Part shown: in pieces, positions 8,734-18,177 of the stretch
Numbering within the stretch: the stretch's first letter is position 1
Layout: each line of letters begins with the position of its first letter
Assembly (NCBI RefSeq): GCF_000007185.1
Contig: NC_003551.1
Coordinates: 960,001-992,000, forward strand
Direction: 5' to 3'
Length of the DNA: 32,000 bases
Origin: Methanopyrus kandleri AV19
Lineage (GTDB): Archaea; JAADCQ01; Methanopyri; Methanopyrales; Methanopyraceae
The notes under the pieces: generated by a model
Seen by the model: only the letters and a program-made list of their open reading frames with translations
Told to the model about the DNA's origin: nothing
The model's database searches: none
Made by a program: the position numbers and the translations under genes

Positions 8734-9945
8734 TTGTCCGGGCTGGGATGGATGAAAGAGAACTGGAGACTACTCGTGATAACCGCCGTGTGGATCGTAG
8801 CAGCGACGTCTCTCGCGGTGAAGGGAGTGAACCTAGGTCTGGAGCTTAAAGGTGGCACGATGGTCATCGCCAAGACGGATCACCCGGTTAGTAAGAAAGA
8901 GATGGATCAGACCGTGACGGTACTCGAGAGTCGTCTCTCTACCTTCGGCTTCAAAGGCATCAAGATCCAGCCAGTCGGGCGCGACCACATCATCGTGATG
9001 CTTCCAGGTACACCGCCCAAAGAGGCGGTCGAGCTCATCACTAAGCCGGGACGTTTCGAAGCCAAGTACAAGGGCAAAACCGTCATCACCGGCCAGGATA
9101 TAGAGTCGGTGGAGTCTCCGAGGATAGAGCGCGTTGAAGGCGGCTACCAGTGGTCGGTCCCGTTCAGGCTGACGGCGGAAGGCGCCCGCAAGTTCGCGGA
9201 GGTAGCCAAGAACGCCCCGGGCCAGCCGATCGACATGTACCTCGACAACAAGAAGGTGTCCAGCCCGCGGATCTCCGAGGACCTGGCCATGGCCGCGGCG
9301 TCCGGTCACATGGAGCGGGAGATCGAGATCGTAGGTGGTGCTAAGACCAAGGAGCAGGCGGAGCGTGAAGCCAAGGAGATCATGGCGGTCCTGCGTTCCG
9401 GTCAGCTGCCGGCGAAGCTCGTTCCGGAAGGTGTTTACTCCGTGTCCGCCACGCTGGGCCAGAACTTCCTCAAGATGGCGATGATCGCCGGAGCGATCGC
9501 GTTCGCGGCGGTGTCGGTAATCATCGCGCTGAGGTACAGGGACATCAGGATCTCGGGTCCGATACTGTTCACGGGATCCTCCGAGGTGGTCTTCCTCATA
9601 GGTCTCGCCTCGCTGACGGGTTTCACGATCGACCTGCCCGCACTGGCGGGAATCATCCTGTCGATAGGTAGCGGCGTGGACGATCTCATAGTGATCACCG
9701 ACGAGATCGTCCGCGGTGAGCGCAGGAAGGAGGAGGTTACACTCCGTCAACGGATCAAGCGGGCCTTCAGCGTGGTACTGGCGTCGTTCGCGACACTGGC
9801 GGCGGCGATGGCGGTATTGTTCGTCGCCGGTATGGGCCTCCTGAAGGGGTTCGCGATAATGACCATCGCCGGAGCGTTTTACGGTGTCGTCATCACCAGA
9901 CCGGTGTACGCAGACCTGCTGAAGAAGATACTCGGAACGGAGTAG
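8734..9945 (+). CDS. secD: Protein-export membrane protein SecD
   Basis: 403 aa. N-terminal TM helix, GLELKGGTMV, a large extracytoplasmic domain, and a C-terminal TM bundle with ILSIGSGVDDLIVITDE. Begins 3 nt after secF. Confidence 0.85.
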   Translation: MSGLGWMKENWRLLVITAVWIVAATSLAVKGVNLGLELKGGTMVIAKTDHPVSKKEMDQTVTVLESRLSTFGFKGIKIQPVGRDHIIVMLPGTPPKEAVELITKPGRFEAKYKGKTVITGQDIESVESPRIERVEGGYQWSVPFRLTAEGARKFAEVAKNAPGQPIDMYLDNKKVSSPRISEDLAMAAASGHMEREIEIVGGAKTKEQAEREAKEIMAVLRSGQLPAKLVPEGVYSVSATLGQNFLKMAMIAGAIAFAAVSVIIALRYRDIRISGPILFTGSSEVVFLIGLASLTGFTIDLPALAGIILSIGSGVDDLIVITDEIVRGERRKEEVTLRQRIKRAFSVVLASFATLAAAMAVLFVAGMGLLKGFAIMTIAGAFYGVVITRPVYADLLKKILGTE

Positions 9946-9970
9946 GGGGGAGGTAGAAACGGACCCGATC

Positions 9971-11443
9971 GTGGACGTGAAGCTGGTGAGCAGTATCCTA
10001 GGAACCGTCGTGAAGGTCGCCGCCGTGCTCCCGCTACTCCCCCTCCCGATTTCGCTACTTTACGGGGAATTAGACTGCATCGCTCCTCTCCTCTTGACTT
10101 CCCTCATCATGCTCGTCTGCGGGGTCGCCCTCGAGCGGATCGCGAGGGTTGAGCGCCACGTTCGTCCGAGACATGCGATAGTTGCCGTGCCCATAATTTG
10201 GCTCGTGATCCCACTCTTCACGTCGCTTCCTTACCGTTTTTGCGAACACATGTCGTGGCTGGACGCTTACTTCGAAAGCATGTCTGGATGGACTACGACA
10301 GGTCTCACCGTGCTCCCGGACATCGACCACGCGCACCGCACCATCCTGTTCTGGAGAAGCCTCGAGCAGTGGGTAGGAGGCCTGGGTATCGTCGTGTCGA
10401 TTATCAGCATCCTCAGGTTCGAAACACCGAGCCTTCTGTACGTCGCCGAGGCCCGCGAGGAACGGATCAGACCGAACGTCGTTAACACAGCGAAAGAGAT
10501 GTGGAAGATCTACATCACGATCACCGCGGTGGGTTTCCTAGCCCTGTGGGCCGCGGGGATGAATCCCTTCGACGCGCTGAACCACTCCATGACCGCGGTT
10601 GCCACCGGAGGGTTCTCCACGCGGTCCGAGAGCGTCACCGCGTGGCACTCACCGACCGTTGAACTCATCACGGTCGTCCTCATGGTGCTCGGTGCCACCA
10701 GCTTCGTCACTCACTACAGGGTGGCCAAGACCTTCCGTACGTCTCCCGCCGAACTTCCGAAGCGGATCATCAAGGCACTTCGACAGTACCTCCAAGATCG
10801 TCAGTTCCTCACCATGATCGGTCTCACCGCCGCCGTCACCGCGTATGCGGGCGCGGTATCCGGCGACCGAGCGTGGGACGTCGTCCGGTACTACGGGTAC
10901 CAGGCGGTGTCCGCCATCACCTGCTGTGGATTCTCCAACGCGGACGTTCTCTCCTTCCCCGAGTACGCCAAGCTGGCTATAACCATCCTCATGATAGTCG
11001 GAGGATCCACGGCCTCTACGGCGGGAGCCATTAAGGTCTTGCGTTTCCTGATCATGGCGGAGGCCGTGAAGGCGGCCATCGCACGTAGGACTCAACCTAT
11101 CCGAGGCGTGGTCGTCCCTCGCATCGGCAGTAGGGTACTCTCCGAGGATGAGATCTCCGACGCGTTCGCGATCGCCTCGGCGTACATGTTCTTCCTGCTC
11201 ATAGGCACGCTGCTGCTCACGGCGTACGGATACCCGCTGGTCGACGCCCTGTTCGAGGTCGCGTCGGCACAGGGCGGCGTCGGGCTGTCCTCGGGGATCA
11301 CGGCGCCCAACGCGCCGGCGTTCGTGAAAATCCTGCTTATCTTCCACATGTGGATAGGCAGGCTGGAGGTTCTGCCGTGCCTAGCGGCCCTCTACTGGCT
11401 GACCTTGATCCTGAAGAGGCTCGCCGTCAAAGGTAGGGACTGA
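9971..11443 (+). CDS. trkH: Trk/Ktr-type potassium uptake protein, membrane subunit TrkH
   Basis: 490 aa polytopic membrane protein with repeated pore-loop-like motifs (SGWTTTGLTV, TAVATGGFSTRSES, SAITCCGFSN, ASAQGGVGLSSG). Confidence 0.85.
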   Translation: MDVKLVSSILGTVVKVAAVLPLLPLPISLLYGELDCIAPLLLTSLIMLVCGVALERIARVERHVRPRHAIVAVPIIWLVIPLFTSLPYRFCEHMSWLDAYFESMSGWTTTGLTVLPDIDHAHRTILFWRSLEQWVGGLGIVVSIISILRFETPSLLYVAEAREERIRPNVVNTAKEMWKIYITITAVGFLALWAAGMNPFDALNHSMTAVATGGFSTRSESVTAWHSPTVELITVVLMVLGATSFVTHYRVAKTFRTSPAELPKRIIKALRQYLQDRQFLTMIGLTAAVTAYAGAVSGDRAWDVVRYYGYQAVSAITCCGFSNADVLSFPEYAKLAITILMIVGGSTASTAGAIKVLRFLIMAEAVKAAIARRTQPIRGVVVPRIGSRVLSEDEISDAFAIASAYMFFLLIGTLLLTAYGYPLVDALFEVASAQGGVGLSSGITAPNAPAFVKILLIFHMWIGRLEVLPCLAALYWLTLILKRLAVKGRD

Positions 11444-11479
11444 TCCCCTCGCCCTCCAGGGTGGGGTTCTCCGGGGGTC

Positions 11480-12157
11480 GTGAGGGGCATGTACGTGGTG
11501 GTCGTGGGGGGCGGACGCGTCGGTAGGATACTGGCCGAGTTGCTGATAGCTCACGGTCACGACGTCGTCGTGATAGAAAAGGATAAAAGGAGAGCCAGGG
11601 AGCTCGCGCAGTCCGAACTGGACGTCCTGGTCGTCCAGGGAGACGCCACCGACCTCGACGTGTTGCAGGACGCCGAGATCGAGACAGCGGACGTCGTCGC
11701 GGCCGTGACCGATAAGGATGAGGTTAACCTCGCCGTGTCCCTGATAGCCAAGGAGGAATTCGGTGTCGAGCGGGTCGTATCCCGCGTGACTGATGACCGG
11801 TTCGTGGACGTATTCCGACGCCTAGGGGTGGATGCAGTCGTAAACCCCGATCGCAGTGCCGCGCAACTCATAGAGAAGGCGATCACGAGGCATAATCTCG
11901 TGGATGTGATTATGTTCGGGCGCGGCGAGGCCGAGCTCTTGGAGTTCGAGGTGACCGAAGACTCTCTGGTATCCGGGAAGAAAATCTCGGAGATCCCGGC
12001 CGACTGCGTGATAGTGGCCATATATCGGGATGACGAGCTGGAGCTACCCCGCGGCGACATGGAAATAAACCCGGGTGATCGGGTCCTCGTGCTCGCGCTA
12101 CGTGACAAGCTCAAGAAGGTCGAGAAACTCTTCAAAGGCCGCGACGAAGGGGAGTGA
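11480..12157 (+). CDS. trkA: Trk system NAD-binding (RCK) subunit TrkA
   Basis: 225 aa. Rossmann motif VVVGGGRVGRILAELL, then an RCK_N domain and an RCK_C domain (GKKISEI...GDRVLVL). Start is GTG 11480 or ATG 11489. Confidence 0.85.
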   Translation: MRGMYVVVVGGGRVGRILAELLIAHGHDVVVIEKDKRRARELAQSELDVLVVQGDATDLDVLQDAEIETADVVAAVTDKDEVNLAVSLIAKEEFGVERVVSRVTDDRFVDVFRRLGVDAVVNPDRSAAQLIEKAITRHNLVDVIMFGRGEAELLEFEVTEDSLVSGKKISEIPADCVIVAIYRDDELELPRGDMEINPGDRVLVLALRDKLKKVEKLFKGRDEGE

Positions 12158-12483
12158 CCCACATGGCGTCCGTTGCTCAGGTTCTAGACCGTATCCGATC
12201 CGCCGAAACCGAGGCGCAGCGCAAGGTCGAGGAGGCTCGTGAGAAGGCCGAGAAGATCGTCGAGGAGGCCGAGAAAGAAGCCGAGGAAATCGTCAGGAAG
12301 GCCCGCGTGGAGGCCGAGGAGGAGGCCGAGAAGATCCTCCAGCAGGCGTTGAAGGAAGCCCGTGAGGAGGCCCGCAAAGTCCGCGAGGAGGGTGAGCGGG
12401 AGATCGAGGAGCTCCGAAGTCAGGCTGAGGAGAGACTGGATGAAGCCGCCGATGCCGTCGTCGGGCTAGTTCTGGGGGAGTGA
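12154..12483 (+). CDS. atpH: A-type ATP synthase subunit H (peripheral stalk)
   Basis: 109 aa Glu/Ala/Lys/Arg-rich coiled coil in the first position of an atpHIKECFA-type operon. GTG 12154 overlaps the trkA stop (GTGA). ATG 12163 is an alternative start. Confidence 0.7.
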   Translation: MTHMASVAQVLDRIRSAETEAQRKVEEAREKAEKIVEEAEKEAEEIVRKARVEAEEEAEKILQQALKEAREEARKVREEGEREIEELRSQAEERLDEAADAVVGLVLGE

Positions 12484-12486
12484 ATA

Positions 12487-14457
12487 GTGGCCATCGAGCC
12501 GATGCGTGAGGTCTTCGTGTTCTGCCTGGACGAGAAGGTGTCGGACCTACTCAAGCGGGTTCAGCTCGAGGGTTGCCTCCACGTCGAGGATTTCTGGGAG
12601 GCTCACGGCGTCGAGAAGTTCTACGGTGTGAAACGCCCGGAGGTACCTCAGGAACTGATGAAGCTCACCGACGTACTCACACGGCTTGCGAGGATCGAGG
12701 AATCGCTCCGTCGCATCCACGAGGAAGTCCGGTCCACCGGGCTACTCGATGCACTGAAACCCATGTTCAAGGCGGAGCGGCCTGAAACCGTGGAGTTCGA
12801 GCTCAAGCCGACCGAAGAGATCGTAGAGGACGCGAACGAGTTCCTCGAGGAGCTGGAGTCCGAGGCCGGGGAGAAACTGAAGCGACTGAACGAGCTCAAG
12901 GACGAGCTCGAGCGACTCGAGGAGGCGTGTTCCTTCCTGGAATACGTGGAAGAGGACTTCAACGTCTCCCACCTGGGTGAAGGACCGCGCGTGGTCGCTC
13001 GACTCTACACCGTGCGGGCCGACTCCTGGGACGATCTAGTCCAGGAGCTCGACGGCGAACCCGCGTACGTGGGGAAGGTAGGGGAGACCGAAGACGGCGA
13101 TCCCATAGCCGTGATAGCGTTCCCGAAGGGTAGCGGAATAGAGTCCGAAATCCGCAGGCTCGGAGCCATGGAAGAGGAGGTAGTGAACGAGGTCCTCGAG
13201 GATCGTGAAGGTTCCGTTCAGTCGGTCCGCGAGGAGTTGGCTGAGGAGATAGAGGAAGTCAAGGACGAGCTCGAGCGAACGAAGCATGAACTCGCGGAAT
13301 TCTACGAGGAGCGTGGTACGGAGATCCGAGCGTGGGTGGAGCTTCTGGAGAACGAGCGCGAGCTGTTCGACGTGTTACCCAAGCTCGCCATGACCGATAG
13401 GACCTACCTGATCTATGGCTGGGTGCCGGAGGAGGAAGTCGGCAGGTTCAAGGAGGTCGTGAAGGAGGCTACCGATGGACTATGCGAGATAGTAGTGCAC
13501 GAGCCGTCGGACCTCGAGAACATGCCCGTACGCCTACGTAACCCGAGGTTCATCCAGCCTTTCGAAACCCTCGTGGAGATGTTCTCCCTGCCGAAGCCCA
13601 CGGAGATCGATCCTACACCGATAGTGGCGATATTCTTCCCGATATACTTCGGTTTCATCCTGACAGATGCCGCCTACGGGGCCATCCTCACAGCATTGGC
13701 AGCAGCGATCCGTATGGGAGCGGGGCGGGTCGATGAGAGCATCCGGAAATTCTCCGAGATACTGCTGTACGCGGGTATCGTTACGATCATCCTCGGTGCA
13801 CTCACCGGCGGTTACTTCGGGAACCTGTTGGGGATCAAACCGCTGTGGGTAGACCCGATGAAGGACCCGATCACGATACTCATCGTGGCGCTGGGCTTCG
13901 GAGTTCTACATGTCGGTATCGGATTGATGCTCGGAATGTACGTCTCCCTCAGAAAGCAGCGTGACATGAGGTCCTTCATGCTCGACTACCTGTGCTGGTT
14001 CCTGATCCTCCTCGGCGGTCTGCTACTGGCGGTGGCGTACAAGACGGGCGGAATCTACACACCACTCGGATACGCCGGAATCGCCATCGCGGGGCTGGGC
14101 TTCGTCCTCGTACTGGCCGGTCACAAGCTCCTGGGTGTCCTGGACACCATCGGGTTCATGGGTGACATACTATCCTACTCACGACTGCTAGCCGGATGTC
14201 TGTCAACCGCCGGTATCGCGCTGGTGGTCAACCTGCTGGCTAAAATGGTCGAGGGACTCGGTGTAGTGGGGTACGTGATCGCGGGGATCATCCTCATCGG
14301 TGGACACTTGTTCAACATGGCAATGAACGGACTTGGAGCCTTCGTGCACAGCCTACGATTGCACTACGTGGAGTTCTTCAGCAAGTTCTACGAAGGAGGC
14401 GGAAAGCCGTTCGAACCGCTAGAGCTCAAGGGTGAGCACGTAGAAATACGCGCTTGA
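12487..14457 (+). CDS. atpI: A-type ATP synthase subunit I (stator a-subunit homologue)
   Basis: 656 aa. A soluble acidic N-terminal half is followed by a polytopic C-terminal half with the conserved LSYSRLLA (essential Arg) and HSLRLHYVEFFSKFY motifs. Confidence 0.9.
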   Translation: MAIEPMREVFVFCLDEKVSDLLKRVQLEGCLHVEDFWEAHGVEKFYGVKRPEVPQELMKLTDVLTRLARIEESLRRIHEEVRSTGLLDALKPMFKAERPETVEFELKPTEEIVEDANEFLEELESEAGEKLKRLNELKDELERLEEACSFLEYVEEDFNVSHLGEGPRVVARLYTVRADSWDDLVQELDGEPAYVGKVGETEDGDPIAVIAFPKGSGIESEIRRLGAMEEEVVNEVLEDREGSVQSVREELAEEIEEVKDELERTKHELAEFYEERGTEIRAWVELLENERELFDVLPKLAMTDRTYLIYGWVPEEEVGRFKEVVKEATDGLCEIVVHEPSDLENMPVRLRNPRFIQPFETLVEMFSLPKPTEIDPTPIVAIFFPIYFGFILTDAAYGAILTALAAAIRMGAGRVDESIRKFSEILLYAGIVTIILGALTGGYFGNLLGIKPLWVDPMKDPITILIVALGFGVLHVGIGLMLGMYVSLRKQRDMRSFMLDYLCWFLILLGGLLLAVAYKTGGIYTPLGYAGIAIAGLGFVLVLAGHKLLGVLDTIGFMGDILSYSRLLAGCLSTAGIALVVNLLAKMVEGLGVVGYVIAGIILIGGHLFNMAMNGLGAFVHSLRLHYVEFFSKFYEGGGKPFEPLELKGEHVEIRA

Positions 14458-14471
14458 GGGGGGAAATCCGG

Positions 14472-17400
14472 ATGGTGAGTACCGAACTCACGATCGCCGC
14501 CATCGGAGCGGGTCTGGCGGCCGGCGTCGCGGGTGTGGGTTCCGGTATTGGTCAGGGTATCGCCGCGGCCGCCGGTGCCGGGGCGGTAGCCGAAGACGAA
14601 GCGACGTTCGGTAAAGCGATCGTGTTCTCGGTGCTCCCGGAGACGCAGGCGATCTACGGACTACTCACCGCGATCCTGATCATGGTCGGAATTGGACTGC
14701 TCGGAGCTGCGAAGGCCGTTACCGTGGGTGCCGCACTAGCGGCCCTGGGTGCGGGTCTCGCCGTGGGACTCGCCGGTATATCCGGTATTGGTCAGGGTAT
14801 CGCCGCGGCCAGCGGAATAGGGGCGGTACTCAAGGATGAAGCCCTCTTCGGTAGAGCCATCGTGTACGCCGTACTACCGGAGACTCAGGCCATTTACGGA
14901 CTGCTAGTGGCGATCATCATCATGGTCGGCTCCGGTCTGCTCGGTGGAGCCGGTGGTAAGGTCTCACTGGGAGCGGGTCTGGCGGCGATGGGTGCCGGAC
15001 TGGCCGTAGGTCTGGCCGGAACGTCTGGTATCGGTCAGGGTATCGCCGCCGCGAGCGGCATTCACGGCGTGCTCCGCAAGGAGGAGCTCTTCGGTAGGCT
15101 GATCGTCTTCTCGGTGTTGCCGGAAACCCAGGCCATCTACGGACTACTCACCGCGATTCTGATCGCTAACTTCGTCGGTCTGTTGGGAGGTCCCACCAGT
15201 GTTTCAGTCGGTGCGGGTCTGGCGGCGATGGGTGCCGGACTGGCCGTAGGTCTGGCCGGAACGTCGGGTATTGGCCAGGGTATCGCCGCAGCCAGCGGAA
15301 TCAAGTCCTTGATCGAGGAGGAAGGAGTGTTCGGCCGGGCAATCGTCTTCTCGGTGTTGCCGGAGACTCAGGCCATTTACGGGCTGCTAGTGGCGATTTT
15401 AACGCTGTTCTCACTACTCAAGCCAGATCTAAGTCTCGCGGCCGGACTCGCGGCTTTAGGAATGGGTCTCGCCGTCGGAATCGCAGGGACTTCAGGAATC
15501 GGTCAGGGTATCGCCGCGGCCAGCGGAATCGCGGGGGTCTTACGTAAGGAGGAGCTCTTCGGTAGGCTGATCGTCTTCTCGGTGTTGCCGGAAACCCAGG
15601 CCATCTACGGACTACTGACCGCGATCCTGGCGATGTTCTTCCTGGGTGCCGGAAAGCCGACACTGGCCGCAGGACTGGCCGCCGTCGGTGCAGGTCTCGC
15701 CGTGGGCTTCGGAGGAACGTCTGGTATCGGTCAGGGTATCGCCGCCGCGAGCGGAATCAGGGCGATGATAGAGCGCGCCGAACTCTTCGTGCGAGGGATG
15801 GTCCTCTCAGTGCTCCCGGAGACGCGAGCGATTTACGGACTGCTGATCGCTATCCTGGCGCTCTTCATGATGAAATCGGGCTCCGTCGGTGCCGGGTTAG
15901 CACTCATCGGAGCCGGTCTGGCAGTGGGTCTCGTGGGTGTTTCGGGAATCGGTCAGGGCTTCACCGCGGCGACGGGTGCCGCCACCCTAGTGAAGAACGA
16001 GGGCTTCTTCGGTCGAGCTATCATCTTCTCAGTACTGCCGGAGACTCAGGCTATCTACGGACTACTGACCGCGATCCTGATCATGATGTTCGCCGGCATA
16101 CTGGGTGGAGCGGGAGCTAACATCGGACTGGGAGCGGGCCTCGCCGCGGTCGGTGCCGGTTTGGCGGTCGGATTAGCGGGTAGCTCCGCGATCGGTCAGG
16201 GTATCGCCGCGGCCGCCGGTGTCGGAGCGTCCGCGGAGAAGGAGGAGCTCTTCGGTAGATCGGTGGTATTCTCGATCCTGCCGGAGACTCAGTCCATCTA
16301 TGGATTACTCATCGGCATCCTGCTAGCGGTGTTCGCGATGAAGGCCGGTTCCCCGGTGGGCGCAGGACTCGCGGCTCTGGGAGCGGGATTGGCCGTCGGA
16401 ATCGCCGGCTTCTCCGGTATCGGTCAGGGTATCGCCGCGGCCGCCGGTATCGGAGCGTTGAAACGGGATCCGGGCTCGTTCGGTCGCTCGCTGATCTTCT
16501 CGATCCTGCCGGAGACGCGATCCATCTACGGACTGCTCGTGGCGATACTGGTGATGGTCGGACTCGGCCTGATGGGAGGTACCTTCAGCGGTAACGAGGC
16601 CGTCGGCCTAGCGGCCCTCGGCGCCGGTCTGGCCATCGGCTTAGCGGGTCTGTCGGGAGTCGGTCAGGGAGTTACGGCCGCCACGGGTATCAGCAACGTG
16701 GTGAAGGACCCCGGAATGTTCGGTCGTTCACTGCTCTTCTCGGTGTTTCCGGAGACGCAGGCGATCTACGGACTGCTGATCGCCATCCTAATCATGATGT
16801 TCGCCGGTATACTCGGCGGCTCCAAGAGCCCGGCCTTGGGTGTGGGACTCGCGGCCCTCGGTGCCGGTATCGCCGTCGGTATGGCCGGTACCTCGGGTAT
16901 CGGTCAGGGTATCTCCGCGGCCGCGGGAGCTCGGGCGACCGCCGAAGATCCCGGTAACTTCGGTCGGTCCATCGTGTTCTCGATCCTGCCGGAGACGCAG
17001 TCCATCTACGGATTGCTAGCGGGAATCTTGGCGCTGACACCGGTGCTGACAGGGGCCGGAGCGCACTTGGCGGCCGCCGCCGGTCTGATCGGTATCGGCG
17101 CCGGTCTCGCCGTCGGAGTGGCCGGTACCTCGGGTATCGGTCAGGGTATCGCGGCTGCGGGAGGTACCGGTGCACTCGCGGAACGTACGGAGATGTTCGC
17201 CAGGTCACTGATCCTGTCCATCTTGCCGGAGACACGATCCATCTACGGACTGCTGATCGCCATCCTGAGCATGTCACTGACGGGAGTACTCGGAGGCGCC
17301 GGCAAGGCGAGCCTGGCCGTAGGTTTCGCAGCCGTCGCCGCCGGAATCGCAGTAGGTTTCGCGGGACTATCTGGAATCGGACAGGGTATCACGGCGGCCC

Positions 17401-17537
17401 GCGGTTCCGCCTCGATGGTGAGACGGGAGCAGGTGTTCGGAAAGTCCCTCGTGTTCTCGGTGCTCCCGGAGACTCAGGCTATCTACGGACTACTGACCGC
17501 GATCCTGATAGTGTTCGCCGCCCTCGCGGCCTCTTAA
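14472..17537 (+). CDS. atpK: A-type ATP synthase subunit K (proteolipid), with 13 fused hairpin domains in one polypeptide
   Basis: Thirteen tandem copies of the proteolipid hairpin (helix 1 GxGxAxGxxGxSGIGQGIAAA; helix 2 FSVLPET(Q/R)(A/S)IYGLLxAIL). ATG 14472 follows a GAGGGGGG SD and gives 1021 codons. TTG 14454, which overlaps the atpI stop, is the alternative. Confidence 0.95.
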   Translation: MVSTELTIAAIGAGLAAGVAGVGSGIGQGIAAAAGAGAVAEDEATFGKAIVFSVLPETQAIYGLLTAILIMVGIGLLGAAKAVTVGAALAALGAGLAVGLAGISGIGQGIAAASGIGAVLKDEALFGRAIVYAVLPETQAIYGLLVAIIIMVGSGLLGGAGGKVSLGAGLAAMGAGLAVGLAGTSGIGQGIAAASGIHGVLRKEELFGRLIVFSVLPETQAIYGLLTAILIANFVGLLGGPTSVSVGAGLAAMGAGLAVGLAGTSGIGQGIAAASGIKSLIEEEGVFGRAIVFSVLPETQAIYGLLVAILTLFSLLKPDLSLAAGLAALGMGLAVGIAGTSGIGQGIAAASGIAGVLRKEELFGRLIVFSVLPETQAIYGLLTAILAMFFLGAGKPTLAAGLAAVGAGLAVGFGGTSGIGQGIAAASGIRAMIERAELFVRGMVLSVLPETRAIYGLLIAILALFMMKSGSVGAGLALIGAGLAVGLVGVSGIGQGFTAATGAATLVKNEGFFGRAIIFSVLPETQAIYGLLTAILIMMFAGILGGAGANIGLGAGLAAVGAGLAVGLAGSSAIGQGIAAAAGVGASAEKEELFGRSVVFSILPETQSIYGLLIGILLAVFAMKAGSPVGAGLAALGAGLAVGIAGFSGIGQGIAAAAGIGALKRDPGSFGRSLIFSILPETRSIYGLLVAILVMVGLGLMGGTFSGNEAVGLAALGAGLAIGLAGLSGVGQGVTAATGISNVVKDPGMFGRSLLFSVFPETQAIYGLLIAILIMMFAGILGGSKSPALGVGLAALGAGIAVGMAGTSGIGQGISAAAGARATAEDPGNFGRSIVFSILPETQSIYGLLAGILALTPVLTGAGAHLAAAAGLIGIGAGLAVGVAGTSGIGQGIAAAGGTGALAERTEMFARSLILSILPETRSIYGLLIAILSMSLTGVLGGAGKASLAVGFAAVAAGIAVGFAGLSGIGQGITAARGSASMVRREQVFGKSLVFSVLPETQAIYGLLTAILIVFAALAAS
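14472..17537 (+). repeat. 13 tandem coding repeats with a period of 222-243 nt (one proteolipid hairpin each)
   Basis: The Glu codons of the PET motif fall at 14640, 14880, 15123, 15363, 15591, 15819, 16041, 16284, 16512, 16752, 16992, 17229 and 17469. Confidence 0.95.
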
Positions 17538-17562
17538 CCACCATATTCTCAGCTGAGTTGGG

Positions 17563-18174
17563 GTGTTACACATGGGCGTAGAGGAGCTCGAGCGTAAGAT
17601 CCTGGAGGATGCCGAGAAGGAGGCCGAAGAGATCCTCGAGGAGGCGAAACGAGACGCGGAACGTATCCGTGAAAAGGCGGAGCGTGAAGCCGAGGAGGTG
17701 CGTCGAGAGATTTTGGACCGTGCTCGGCGTGAGGCTGAGACCCGACGGAGGCGCGAGATAGCGCAGGCCAAGCTGGAGATCCGTCAGGAGAGGCTTCGGG
17801 TTAAGGAGGAGTACATCGAGAAGGCGATCGAGCGGGCCGAGGAGAAGATCAGGGAGCTGGCGGAGGAGGGTCGGAAGGAGTACCTGGAGTTCCTCAAGCG
17901 TTCCGCCATCGAGGCCGTGAACGCGATTTCCTCCGATGAAGTCGTGCTCCGAGCCAACGAGAACGATCTGATGCTGCTGGACGAGATGCTCTCGGAGATC
18001 CGCGACGAGACCGGTAAGGACGTTGAGCTGGGCGAGCCAGTGGAGGCCGTGGGTGGTGTGATCGCGGAGAGTAAGGACGGCTCCGAGGCGTACGACAACA
18101 CCGTCGATGCCCGGCTCCGTCGCCGGCGCTCCGAGATAGTTAGACGGGTCTCGGAGACGCTCTTCGGGGGATAA
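17563..18174 (+). CDS. atpE: A-type ATP synthase subunit E (peripheral stalk)
   Basis: 203 aa. A long N-terminal charged coiled coil (ILEDAEKEAEEILEEAKRDAERIREKAEREAEE) is followed by a globular C-terminal domain (GGVIAESKDGSEAYDNTVDARL). Operon position is after atpK. Confidence 0.85.
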   Translation: MLHMGVEELERKILEDAEKEAEEILEEAKRDAERIREKAEREAEEVRREILDRARREAETRRRREIAQAKLEIRQERLRVKEEYIEKAIERAEEKIRELAEEGRKEYLEFLKRSAIEAVNAISSDEVVLRANENDLMLLDEMLSEIRDETGKDVELGEPVEAVGGVIAESKDGSEAYDNTVDARLRRRRSEIVRRVSETLFGG

Positions 18175-18177
18175 CCT

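Noticed and set aside
8728-8736. secF and secD are in the same reading frame, separated by TGA plus one codon. atpH and atpI at 12481-12489 are arranged the same way. I considered selenocysteine or read-through fusion.
   Set aside because: Being in frame has a 1-in-3 chance. Each downstream gene has its own start codon and a normal N-terminus. No SECIS-like structure was seen, and the upstream proteins have complete, normal C-termini.
14454-14471. TTG 14454 (overlapping the atpI stop) as the atpK start.
   Set aside because: ATG 14472 is preceded by a strong GAGGGGGG SD at suitable spacing and gives an N-terminus that begins right at the first hydrophobic helix. The six extra residues (MRGEIR) are not excluded, only less likely.
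14472-17537. Regularly spaced ~240-nt repeats that could look like a repeat array or CRISPR at first glance.
   Set aside because: The period is far too long for CRISPR. The repeats are in frame, translate to proteolipid hairpins within one uninterrupted ORF, and have no spacer-like unique segments.
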